Sequence record: SRR20825006_1150 | Length of the DNA stretch: 56,908 bases | Reading direction: 5' to 3' (one strand) | Part shown: positions 18,807 to 28,035 of the stretch, piece after piece | Position numbering within the stretch: position 1 is the stretch's first letter | Layout of the letters: every line of letters begins with the position of its first letter | Program-made: the position numbers and the translations under genes | The notes under the pieces: generated by a model | What the model was told of the DNA's origin: nothing | Databases searched by the model: none | The model's input: only the letters and a program-made list of their open reading frames with translations

Positions 18807-20285
18807 ATGAGTGGTGATTGTGATTTCGGCCTGATTGGTTTGGCCGTCATGGGCGAAAATCTGGCCTTGAACGTCGAAAGCCGCGGCTACAAAGTCGCCG
18901 TCTACAACCGCACCACGTCCAAAGTCGACGCTTTGATGGAAGGCCGTGCGAAGGGCAAAAACTTCGTCGGCTGCCACTCGATCGAAGAATTCGTCAAATC
19001 AGTCAAACGACCTCGCAAACTGATGATGCTGGTCAAAGCCGGCCCCGCCGTCGACGCATTGATCGAGCAATTGCTACCACACTGCGAACCCGGCGACATC
19101 ATCATTGACGGTGGTAACGAGTACTACGTTCACACTGAACGCCGCACCAAGCAAGTCGAAGAAGCCGGAATGCTGTACGTCGGTTGCGGCGTCAGCGGTG
19201 GCGAAGAAGGTGCCCTCAAAGGCCCATCATTGATGCCCGGGGGAAGTGCCGAAGCATGGCCTCACATCAAAGAGATGTTCCAGTCGATCGCCGCCAAGGT
19301 CGGCCCCAACAACGACATCCCTTGCTGCGAATGGCTCGGTGCCGGTGGCGCAGGCAACTACGTCAAAATGGTTCACAACGGCATCGAATACGGCGACATG
19401 CAGTTGATCTGCGAAGCCTATCAATTGCTGAAAGAACTCGGCGGTTTGTCCAATGACGAACTGTATGACGTCTTCGACGAATGGAACCGTGGTGATCTGC
19501 AAAGCTATCTGATCGAAATCTCTCGCGATATCTTCAGCGTCAAAGATGACCAAGGCGGCGACGGATACCTCGTCGACAAGATCATGGACGTTGCCGGTGC
19601 AAAGGGCACAGGTAAATGGATGAGCCAACTGGCTCTCGACCTTGGCGTCCCCAGCACCCTGGTCACGACCGCCGTGTTCGCTCGCGGTTTGTCGGCACAA
19701 AAGGAAGCACGGACTCGTGCCAGCAAGACGCTCAACGGTCCCGCTGAATCATCCAACCCTGAAATGCGTGCGATCGCTCAATCGTTGGTCGGTGATCGTG
19801 CCGAGTTCGTCGAAGCGGTTCGCCAAGCACTGTACGCTTCGAAAATTGTTTCTTACGCCCAAGGCTTTGTTCAATTGCAAGCCGCATCGGCCGAGCACAA
19901 CTGGGGCTTGGACTACGGTGCCGCCGCATTGTTGTGGCGAGGTGGTTGTATCATCCGTGCTCAGTTCCTGGATCGCATCAAAGAAGCCTTCGACGCCGAT
20001 CCAAACCTGGAAAACTTGCTGCTGGCCAAGTACTTCGAAGACGCAGTCGAAAACGCACAAGAAAAATGGCGAAAGGTCGTCGCCATCGCTTCGATCATGG
20101 GCATTCCAGTTCCCGCGTTCAGCACCGCGTTGTGCTACTACGACGGATATCGCATGGAACGCTTGCCAGCCAACATGCTGCAAGCCCAACGCGATTACTT
20201 TGGTGCTCACACCTACCAACGCGTTGACAAGGAAGGCACCTTCCACAGCGAGTGGATTCAACTTCGCAAAGAGCCCAAAGCTTAG
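18807..20285 (+). CDS. gnd: NADP-dependent 6-phosphogluconate dehydrogenase
   Basis: GLIGLAVMGENLALN, GVSGGEEGA, VKMVHNGIEYGDMQ, KGTGKW and QAQRDYFGAHTY motifs. Confidence 0.98.
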   Translation: MSGDCDFGLIGLAVMGENLALNVESRGYKVAVYNRTTSKVDALMEGRAKGKNFVGCHSIEEFVKSVKRPRKLMMLVKAGPAVDALIEQLLPHCEPGDIIIDGGNEYYVHTERRTKQVEEAGMLYVGCGVSGGEEGALKGPSLMPGGSAEAWPHIKEMFQSIAAKVGPNNDIPCCEWLGAGGAGNYVKMVHNGIEYGDMQLICEAYQLLKELGGLSNDELYDVFDEWNRGDLQSYLIEISRDIFSVKDDQGGDGYLVDKIMDVAGAKGTGKWMSQLALDLGVPSTLVTTAVFARGLSAQKEARTRASKTLNGPAESSNPEMRAIAQSLVGDRAEFVEAVRQALYASKIVSYAQGFVQLQAASAEHNWGLDYGAAALLWRGGCIIRAQFLDRIKEAFDADPNLENLLLAKYFEDAVENAQEKWRKVVAIASIMGIPVPAFSTALCYYDGYRMERLPANMLQAQRDYFGAHTYQRVDKEGTFHSEWIQLRKEPKA

Positions 20286-20330
20286 TTTGCAATCAGCAAC
20301 GAAAGATTGATCAACTGATTGCTCACGCAC

Positions 20331-20359
20331 AAAAAGGTCGGCACACGCCGGCCTTTTTT
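20331..20359. terminator. Bidirectional intrinsic terminator between gnd and the convergent gene
   Basis: AAAAAGGTCGGC-ACAC-GCCGGCCTTTTTT. Confidence 0.85.
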
Positions 20360-20471
20360 CGTGTCATGATTGCAACCTGTCTTCTCGGGCAAAGTTCACA
20401 GCACAAACACTCACGGCACAAACAATAAGTGCCGCGATAGACCGCCAGTCCTACTCACTCGCCAGCCCGAA

Positions 20472-21884
20472 TCACTCGCCAGGCTGATCAAGCGGCAAGC
20501 TAACGCGGACAATTTGCTCGCCCCAGTCAACTTTGAGATTGGCTTGCAAAGCAATCGTCTGAGCCAGTTGCGAAAGCGTTTGCTTTGCCGCATCCAAACT
20601 CACCAATGTTTGACTTCGCAGCTTCGCATCGTCGTCAATCGTCAGTTGCTTTCCCGCCGCGCCCGCGAATTGCGAAAGAACTTCGTCGGCGGGTTTGTTC
20701 AACAACTTCAAATCGTAGGTGGCCTCTCGTCCGGACGCCGCGATTTGGGCAGGTGCAGGAGCGGCATTCCAATGAGCCGCCAGCGCCGCACGATGACCAG
20801 CCGGATTCGTGTGCACGCGCAACGTCGTCTTGCGAGTCTTTGGATCGCGGCCGGATCGAAACGACGCGGTCGCATCAACGGACTGAACCGCTCGCCGAAC
20901 CTCAGCTTCGCCATCCTCCATCGGATAGGTCATCAAGAACTTGACGTCTTTCCAGTCCGTGTCGGTCGCCTCGACGAATTGAACTCCGTCCGGCAAAGAC
21001 TCATCGCGGGATCGCAGCCTCGCAAGCGGTGTGCCCCGGCGTGCAGCCATTTGAAACTCGGACAACATCAACGATGCAACATGCCATGGGTCAACCTTCT
21101 GCAGTTTGACCTCCGGCCATACATCGTGCGGCAACCAACGGACGCCAGTCGCTTCTCCTGATGAACCGTCCTGCAGCTTCAAACGTCGATTCTCTGCTTT
21201 CGCAAGAACGGCACTCAGTGCCATCGTGGACGATGTTCCTCTTGGCCACTGAAGATCGACCGATTCTGGCTTCGCAGAACTCACCAAAGTGCCAAGCGTC
21301 CGATCGATCCATTCTGGTCTCCCGACCAGCAAAACCCCCGGGATCGGAAAAGCTTCCCAGCCCAACGGACGCGTCAGTTGGGTCATCGCCTGGGCGGCAG
21401 ATCCGCCAGCCAAATTTAGCGAAACGATTTCGTTTGGGTCGACGCCGCCATCCCGCCACCACGTCCAAGGTCGATCGGGACTTCCCGAACTCACCTGCGA
21501 AACGATTTGATTGATCGCCTCTTCGGCCGTTTGACCGTCCAGTGACACCGTGATCACGGTCCGGGTGAATGCGGATGCATGCACCGGGGTGTCCGCTGGG
21601 GGCTGACAAAACGCCGATAACCCGCAGAAAACGGAAAACGTCGCCCCCAAAACCGCGGCCGCGAAAAGTCTTCTCCAATCTTCTCGAGATGATCGGATCC
21701 GCAAATCTTTCGCTTGGACCGAACGTTGGGCCGTCGGCACATTCGCCGTATTTTGGCTGGTTCGGCAAGCTCCCGCACGCGGAAAGCCAACGAGGAAAAG
21801 TGGTTGGGATAGCATCCGACAATCCGTGCGTTGGAAAGTTCTTTTGGTGTGCCGTCTTGCCCGACAGCTTGATCGGTCTAACAT
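20472..21884 (-). CDS. Periplasmic hypothetical protein with STN-like repeats
   Basis: Signal-like segment (RRLFAAAVLG..SAFCQ); N- and C-terminal segments follow the V/L-S-L....L..L..I pattern of secretin/TonB short N-terminal domains. Start uncertain. Confidence 0.6.
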   Translation of the reverse strand: MLDRSSCRARRHTKRTFQRTDCRMLSQPLFLVGFPRAGACRTSQNTANVPTAQRSVQAKDLRIRSSREDWRRLFAAAVLGATFSVFCGLSAFCQPPADTPVHASAFTRTVITVSLDGQTAEEAINQIVSQVSSGSPDRPWTWWRDGGVDPNEIVSLNLAGGSAAQAMTQLTRPLGWEAFPIPGVLLVGRPEWIDRTLGTLVSSAKPESVDLQWPRGTSSTMALSAVLAKAENRRLKLQDGSSGEATGVRWLPHDVWPEVKLQKVDPWHVASLMLSEFQMAARRGTPLARLRSRDESLPDGVQFVEATDTDWKDVKFLMTYPMEDGEAEVRRAVQSVDATASFRSGRDPKTRKTTLRVHTNPAGHRAALAAHWNAAPAPAQIAASGREATYDLKLLNKPADEVLSQFAGAAGKQLTIDDDAKLRSQTLVSLDAAKQTLSQLAQTIALQANLKVDWGEQIVRVSLPLDQPGE

Positions 21885-21981
21885 CGAGAAGTCAAACCAC
21901 AGCAGCCAAATTGCAAGTGAAAAACCGGCTCCAGGCCGTTTGACCCGCCCAATCCTCCCAGACCGTCCTGACTAGCCCAAG

Positions 21982-22662
21982 GTGGAATCGAACGTGACAG
22001 CTCCCATCGTCCACACGACTCGCCTAGTCGCCGCTTACCGGCGATACCTCGGCTCCGCGGACGCACCCCGGTTTGCTCACGACGTCGATGAGCACTACAC
22101 CTCGGCCACGTTGACCGCACTGCTTTCTCGAGGTGAAGTCGAACATCGCCGAGCTGCCGCGTTGGCTTTGGGGATGTTGGGCGACCGCCATTCTGTCGAT
22201 TTTTTGGGCCGGGCTCTCTCGGATAGCGACCGCGGCGTGCGATTGGTCGCGGACGACTCGTTTCATTCAGTCATCGTTCGCGACGCCGCGCCACTGCACC
22301 ATCAAAAACTGCTTCGCGTCATTCACCTGAACGATGGTGGCGAATACGCGGCTGCTTTGTCACCCGCGATGGTGTTGATCGACCAAGCTCCTTTGTACGC
22401 GGAAGCCCACCATCAGCTCGCGATTTGCTGGCATGGTCTGGAAGATTTCGAAAAGGCCGAAGCCGCTTACCAATCATGTTTGTGGCATTGTCGATTCCAT
22501 TACACGGCTTGGCAAAGTCTCGCCAAAGTCCGCGTGCTTCTTGGCAAGGGCAACAAAGCACTCGATGCACTGAATCGTTGCCTGGATATCAACCCTGATG
22601 TCGAAACGGCTCGCATGCAACGCCGAGTCATCCGTCGCCGTTTGCGTCAAAGCGACGTTTGA
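21982..22662 (+). CDS. HEAT-repeat + TPR protein
   Basis: RRAAALALGMLG..ALSDSDRGVRLVA (HEAT); EAHHQLAIC..KAEAAY and AWQSLAKV..ALDALNRCLDINP (TPR). Confidence 0.85.
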   Translation: MESNVTAPIVHTTRLVAAYRRYLGSADAPRFAHDVDEHYTSATLTALLSRGEVEHRRAAALALGMLGDRHSVDFLGRALSDSDRGVRLVADDSFHSVIVRDAAPLHHQKLLRVIHLNDGGEYAAALSPAMVLIDQAPLYAEAHHQLAICWHGLEDFEKAEAAYQSCLWHCRFHYTAWQSLAKVRVLLGKGNKALDALNRCLDINPDVETARMQRRVIRRRLRQSDV

Positions 22663-22683
22663 ACTTGAGCGAAGGATGTATTC

Positions 22684-22941
22684 TTGATTCACGATGACAC
22701 ATTGGTCGGCGGATTGGCATTGCTGATCGCAGCCATCACGACCGCGATTGCGATCGGCCCCTGGATGGCTCCCTATCAAATTCGCTCCATCGCAGCGATT
22801 CAAAAGCACTATGGACTGTTGGTCGCACGCTGTGCTTGGCTGTTGATCGCGTTCCTTTCGGCAATTTGCGGAGCGGCCATTCTCAACGGCATCCGGCCAA
22901 CCTACGCTTCGCCTCCCGCAACGCTCAACCAAAATCAGTGA
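22684..22941 (+). CDS. Small two-TM membrane protein
   Basis: Two hydrophobic helices; GAAGGA RBS before TTG; follows the TPR gene closely. Confidence 0.65.
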   Translation: MIHDDTLVGGLALLIAAITTAIAIGPWMAPYQIRSIAAIQKHYGLLVARCAWLLIAFLSAICGAAILNGIRPTYASPPATLNQNQ

Positions 22942-23154
22942 AGCAAGTCGGTTGACGCTGTTTTCCAACAATCGCGTCTGATCAAACTCGCTGCCAAAGA
23001 CGTACCACCAAGTGTCTCGAGCCCGCTTTGCTTGACCAGCGGGGGCATCAAGCTCTCCAAAAGATGTCTTGACTTTGGGTGAGTGGGCTACTACTTGTGG
23101 ATTTCAGGTCTTTCAATTGGCCCCCTTTCGCAGCCTGAACAAGGGGATGAAGCA

Positions 23155-23688
23155 ATGGCAGCTGAACACACACCTGAAAAAAGATCGGCACTCGATCGCT
23201 TTCTCAGCGGACTGAGTGAATCGATTTTTCAAACCAAGTTGGGCGTCGCGGACGTCCAGTTGATCGGTTACGTCAGTGACCTGATGTTGCGGTTCGTTCG
23301 CATCGACGCCGTTCACAAAATGCGTCGCAACGATGGCCGCCCGGCAACGGAAGTCTTCCAGTTGTTGTGCGAAGCCGAACGTCGGATCGGCATCGCCAAA
23401 CGTGAAGTGCATCGACACATCGGTGACGTCACACTCTTTTGGTCGGGCATGTTTCCTGAATCCGTGCGCGGTGATGGCAAAGATTCACCCGATCAATTGC
23501 TGAACTACTTCGAACACGGCAAACGGTCGTACAAGATCGCATCGACAATCCAAGCCGACGAATCTCGACCGCCTTGCGAGTTACTCAACCGGTTGAGCGA
23601 TCAGTTCGAACTGTGTGCGTACGGGCTGCGTGAGATTCGCCGCGAAATTGACGATGCAGAACCAGGCCAGCAATTGTTGCTGTCTTGA
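23155..23688 (+). CDS. Conserved hypothetical all-helical protein
   Basis: AAGGGG upstream of ATG 23155; conserved-looking motifs YVSDLMLRF, RHIGDVTLFWSGMFPE and Y...GKRSY. Confidence 0.8.
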   Translation: MAAEHTPEKRSALDRFLSGLSESIFQTKLGVADVQLIGYVSDLMLRFVRIDAVHKMRRNDGRPATEVFQLLCEAERRIGIAKREVHRHIGDVTLFWSGMFPESVRGDGKDSPDQLLNYFEHGKRSYKIASTIQADESRPPCELLNRLSDQFELCAYGLREIRREIDDAEPGQQLLLS

Positions 23689-23816
23689 TGCGATTGAAAT
23701 GCCGGTGGAACGAACGGCTCGTTGATTGCGAAAAGAACTGATTCGCGCAAAGAAAAACGGGTTCGACGATTGCTCGCCGAACCCGTTGATTTTTTCGCGA
23801 TCGAATTCTTCGCGGT

Positions 23817-24332
23817 CTATTTTCGACGAGCTTTGGTCTTCCGGCTTTTTCGTTTCAACTGTTTTTCGCGAATCGCGAGCACCTCTTCTCGGTCCACGGT
23901 TTCATAATCGCGAGCCAGACAGGCCAGTTCCCACGCTTCATCTTCGCCGTAGCGATTGAACGCGAAGCTGATCTTTTGCCGTCGCCCATCCTCGGTTTTC
24001 CAAGACGCACAGTACGCTTGGTATTCACATCCCGGATAGCGATTGTCGACGGAGTGGGCCAGGTGCACCCCCACCTTGCCAGTGGTATTCCGACTGGTCA
24101 ATTTGTCTTTGGTCGAATTATTGGCCGGCCCCAGGACTTCCAACAAAGCGGCGTGGCTCTGCTTTGCCAACTGAAGAGCTTTGCGTTTTCCGCCGCACAT
24201 TTTGTCGGAGTAATATTCTGAATTCCGCACTCCATCGCGGCAAACGCGGACCACGTATCCTTTCGAGTTGTTCTTTTCGACTCGGGTGATTCCGGGAGCA
24301 ACTGTCGTTGCCTTGGTGGGTGTCGTTGCCAT
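23817..24332 (-). CDS. Tandem AP2-domain DNA-binding protein
   Basis: Two AP2-like units: GITRV..GYVVRV..YSD..GG...ALQLA and NTTGKVGV..YCASW....RQKISF...RYG...AWELA...R; basic tail. Confidence 0.75.
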   Translation of the reverse strand: MATTPTKATTVAPGITRVEKNNSKGYVVRVCRDGVRNSEYYSDKMCGGKRKALQLAKQSHAALLEVLGPANNSTKDKLTSRNTTGKVGVHLAHSVDNRYPGCEYQAYCASWKTEDGRRQKISFAFNRYGEDEAWELACLARDYETVDREEVLAIREKQLKRKSRKTKARRK

Positions 24333-24447
24333 CTTGCTTTTGAATTGTTCTTCTAGAGGTCATCGGATCGAACGATCGTCAATTCTCACTACGAATTAAC
24401 CACGTCCTGCGCCCAACTTAGTTCCCTTTTTCATTCTCGCAACTGTT

Positions 24448-25377
24448 TTGAACCAACACATCATTCTGGGGCTCTGGCCCATCGCGGGAGTCACCACCAT
24501 TGGGGTCACACGCGAAAATGCAATTGCGACGATTCATGCCGCAATCGACGCGGGTATTCGTCAGTTCGACACGGCTTACAGCTATGGCCTGCAGGGGGAG
24601 GCGGATGAACGCCTCGGGGCAGCCCTGAAGGAACTGGACGGGCCAACCCGTGATGAAATCCAAATCTTCGGTAAAGTTGGACAACGCTACGGTGAAGACG
24701 GCGTCCGCGTGAACGATGGCAATCCAGAGACACTGGTTGTCGACGCCGAGAACTCGCTCAGACGCATTGGCATTCGCTGCTTTGACACGTTGATGTTGCA
24801 CTGCGTCGATGACGAAGTGCCGATCGAAGCGAGTGCCTGGGCATTGCAACGATTGATGCAACGCGGCATGGCAAAACGTGTGGGGGTATGCAACGCCACC
24901 CCCGAACAACGTGCGGCATTCGCGAGCGTCGTTCCTTGTTCAGCGATCCAGTGTCCGCTCAATGGACTTCAACAGGATGCTCTTTCCAACGAGATTGCTG
25001 ATGCGAAAGAACACGACTGCGACGCGTGGGTTTATTGGACGCTCATGAAAGGATTGCTGGCCGGCAAAATTGAGCGTGATCATGTCTTCGCCGAGGGAGA
25101 CAGCCGGCCAAACTATCCGATCTTTCAGGGCGCCGCCCGCGAGAGGGCTCATGACATCGTCGACAAGCTCAAGGAGATCGCCGCCGACACCGGGCGTTCG
25201 GTTGCGAACTTGTCAATTTCGTGGGCAGTATCGCAACCCGGTGTCACCGCCGCGTTGGTGGGCGCTCATCGTCCCGACCAGATTGCCGGGTTTGCAACCG
25301 CGGGCCCACTTCCCAAAGCAGTGCGACGACAAGTCAACGAACTCTTCGCTACTTCCAACGATTCGCCGGAGGAATGA
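24448..25377 (+). CDS. Aldo/keto reductase
   Basis: LGLWPIAG, FDTAYSYG, catalytic Lys (GKVG), SLRRIG..DTLMLH, GVCN and ALVGA motifs. Confidence 0.92.
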   Translation: MNQHIILGLWPIAGVTTIGVTRENAIATIHAAIDAGIRQFDTAYSYGLQGEADERLGAALKELDGPTRDEIQIFGKVGQRYGEDGVRVNDGNPETLVVDAENSLRRIGIRCFDTLMLHCVDDEVPIEASAWALQRLMQRGMAKRVGVCNATPEQRAAFASVVPCSAIQCPLNGLQQDALSNEIADAKEHDCDAWVYWTLMKGLLAGKIERDHVFAEGDSRPNYPIFQGAARERAHDIVDKLKEIAADTGRSVANLSISWAVSQPGVTAALVGAHRPDQIAGFATAGPLPKAVRRQVNELFATSNDSPEE

Positions 25378-26491
25378 ACGCGTCGAGCGGTTCGAGAACG
25401 TGACCGTTTGTTTCCGCAGCGAAGCGAAAACCGATCTCGGCAATCGCGTCAGCTGCCTGAATGAGTTGCTCACGGTTGTTGAGTTTTAGGGTCACGCCGC
25501 TGTAAATCATGAGAATGTCTTCGAGCTGTTTCGAGTCGATTTTTTGAGAGACTGAAAGCAAACGTTTCGCGGCTCGGTCGGCACGCTTGGCGGCGGTGAC
25601 ACCAAACTTTGCTTTTTCAGTCGCTTCGGCAGTCGCTCGAAGACTGGCTTCCAAGTCCGCGATCATGCCGCTGACGAACATGACTCGCAATCGATCGCGA
25701 GTGTTCTGGTCGTTGGATTGGCCATCGGAATCAATGAAGTTGTGCCGGATCGTTCCTTGGCTCCATGAAACGAACTCAAAATCCAAACTACCAGTCGGGT
25801 GACCACCGACATTGACGAGTTCTTCGTCGGCGGTCGTATGGCAACGCAAGCAGCTCTGTGCGACCAAGTAAACGTTGACCGGGTTTCGCATTCCGGCGGC
25901 GACACTTTGCGTCAAACGTTGCTGTCGATGCTCTGGCGTTTCCATTGCACGCGTGACTTGTTCGCCACCATAGTCATGGTGCAGGTCCAACCATTGTTTG
26001 GCAGAACCATGGCACGATTCGCAACTGACACCCTCGATCGCGTGAACATTACCCGACGCCACATCAACTTTTTGCGTGTAGTGGCAATCCACACATCGTC
26101 CATCGTGCTTGATGGAACGAACACCCAACTTGGATGCGATTTCTTTTGCCGCCGGACGACGATGCAACTCATCAAAGGTGCGATGGTGAGGTGTTGCCTT
26201 CCACACCTTCACTTCGTTTGCATGACATTTGATGCATGTCTCGCTGCCCATCGTCAGATGTGGATCCACGGGTTTGGCCGCCGCTCCCGCGACGCTTGCG
26301 GTATCGACCACCGAACTGACCAACACGCCGCCTTGAGCGGGAGCCCACCGCATCAGCTCACCCGCCGATGCATCCAATTCCGGTGCTGAATTCTGTGCGC
26401 TGGGCATCTGCAACAAACCGATGGCGGTCATGGCGAGGACCAGCCCCGTGATCACGGATGCGATTGGAAGACGGTTGATGCAGAATGACAT
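25349..26491 (-). CDS. Tetrahaem cytochrome c (c554-like) with helical C-terminal domain
   Basis: Four CxxCH motifs (CIKCH, CVDCH, GVSCESCHG, CLRCH) and an N-terminal signal/TM segment. Confidence 0.88.
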   Translation of the reverse strand: MSFCINRLPIASVITGLVLAMTAIGLLQMPSAQNSAPELDASAGELMRWAPAQGGVLVSSVVDTASVAGAAAKPVDPHLTMGSETCIKCHANEVKVWKATPHHRTFDELHRRPAAKEIASKLGVRSIKHDGRCVDCHYTQKVDVASGNVHAIEGVSCESCHGSAKQWLDLHHDYGGEQVTRAMETPEHRQQRLTQSVAAGMRNPVNVYLVAQSCLRCHTTADEELVNVGGHPTGSLDFEFVSWSQGTIRHNFIDSDGQSNDQNTRDRLRVMFVSGMIADLEASLRATAEATEKAKFGVTAAKRADRAAKRLLSVSQKIDSKQLEDILMIYSGVTLKLNNREQLIQAADAIAEIGFRFAAETNGHVLEPLDAFIPPANRWK

Positions 26492-26841
26492 GTTGACGCA
26501 ATTGAAACAGCGGACAAAACAGTTTTAGCCGTTCAAATTTACGACACGATTGCGTGCGTTCTGTTTCGCTTCGACGCGAGTGGCACGATCGGTCAACCGG
26601 GGGATGCGTTCGCAATGGTTGGTCGGTGTGGACGTGATATTGCAGTTGACGCGATTGAAACGGATTGACTATCGCCCAAGCAGGTTCTGTGATCGAGCGA
26701 TCTTGTTGCGCCCCGCCACGAAGGCGATCAGCGTCGACATTTCGTGAAACAGAAGAAGTGACTAGCGAGAGCCACTGGAACGCATCGAGAAGGATTCTCG
26801 GCGACCGCCAGTGAGCTTGTGATACACGCGGCAAGGAGGCC

Positions 26842-27996
26842 GTGGTGATCAAACTGTTATGGAAACTGATCTGGGGCGATAAGTCCAATTCGCGGCGGCG
26901 GTCTCGTCGATCCAGCGGCTCATTGCTGCGCTGGTTCACGCCAGGAATCTCAGTCACCGGTGTCATCGCGTTGGTCATCGCGGCGTTGACCGGACAGGTC
27001 AATTTGCCGAGCCTGGATTCGTTGCGAGGCAGCGAAGAACCGGTCTACGAAGATCCGCTGGCAGCATCGTTGACGCCCGAACAAATGGCGTCCCGTGGAT
27101 ATTCCGGAAAAGCACCGATCGGCCAAATTGCTCCGGTAAGTTTGGTCACGCCCGTCAGCGGTCGCGAGCAGAAAAACGACACGTCGATTCGCATCGCGAC
27201 ATTCAACATCCAAGTCTTTGGCAAGAGCAAATCGGAAAAGCCAGACGTGATGCGTCAGCTTGCTCAAGTCTGTTTGCTATTCGACGTCGTCGCGATCCAA
27301 GAGATCAAAGGTGATCCTGCACTGCCGATGAATGGCTTGCTCGATGAGATCGCTAGCCTAGGTGGTCGCTACGATGCCACCGTGAGCGCCCCTCAAGGCA
27401 GAACTTCACAGACCGAGCGATACGGATACGTTTGGGACACCGATCGCATCGACTTGATCCCCGAGTCAGACTACTTGGTCAACGACGACCTTGATCGCAT
27501 GCACCGTGCTCCGATGGTCGCCAGTTTCCAAACGCGTGTCACACCAACCGCGACTCGCAAACCATTCCGATTTACTTTGCTAAATGCACACACGGATCCC
27601 GACGAAGTCGGTTCACGCATCGGTGACACGCCAGCAAATGAGATGAACGTATTGGATGACGTTTTTCATAGCGTACGAATGTACGAATATCAAAACACAG
27701 GCGAAGAAGACTTCATCATGATGGGCGACTTAAATGTCGACACTCAGTGGTTGCTCGAAACAGGACGCATCCCCAACGTGACATCGCTGGTCGGCGACAA
27801 ACCGACCAACACGCTGCAAACAAAGACCTACGATCACATACTGATCGACGCCGCAACAACGCGAGAATTCACGGGTCGAGCTGGTGTGCTGGACCTCAAA
27901 GCCGCATTGAGAATCACCGAAGAGCAAGCACTGAAAGTCAGTGACCACATGCCGGTTTGGGCGGAATTCGGAGTCTACGAAATTCCGCCTCGGTGA
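26842..27996 (+). CDS. DNase I-like endonuclease/exonuclease/phosphatase
   Basis: RIATFNIQVFG, DVVAIQEI, ERYGYVW, LLNAH, MGDLN, YDHI and SDHMPV motifs; N-terminal TM helix. Confidence 0.9.
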   Translation: MVIKLLWKLIWGDKSNSRRRSRRSSGSLLRWFTPGISVTGVIALVIAALTGQVNLPSLDSLRGSEEPVYEDPLAASLTPEQMASRGYSGKAPIGQIAPVSLVTPVSGREQKNDTSIRIATFNIQVFGKSKSEKPDVMRQLAQVCLLFDVVAIQEIKGDPALPMNGLLDEIASLGGRYDATVSAPQGRTSQTERYGYVWDTDRIDLIPESDYLVNDDLDRMHRAPMVASFQTRVTPTATRKPFRFTLLNAHTDPDEVGSRIGDTPANEMNVLDDVFHSVRMYEYQNTGEEDFIMMGDLNVDTQWLLETGRIPNVTSLVGDKPTNTLQTKTYDHILIDAATTREFTGRAGVLDLKAALRITEEQALKVSDHMPVWAEFGVYEIPPR

Positions 27997-28035
27997 TTGT
28001 TTACCAGATTGGTGAACTGGACGAGTTCAATCGAC

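Noticed and set aside
26492-26661. CRISPR array (repeats end in ATTGAAAC)
   Set aside because: Only two 17-bp copies 153 bp apart, no palindromic core and no cas genes.
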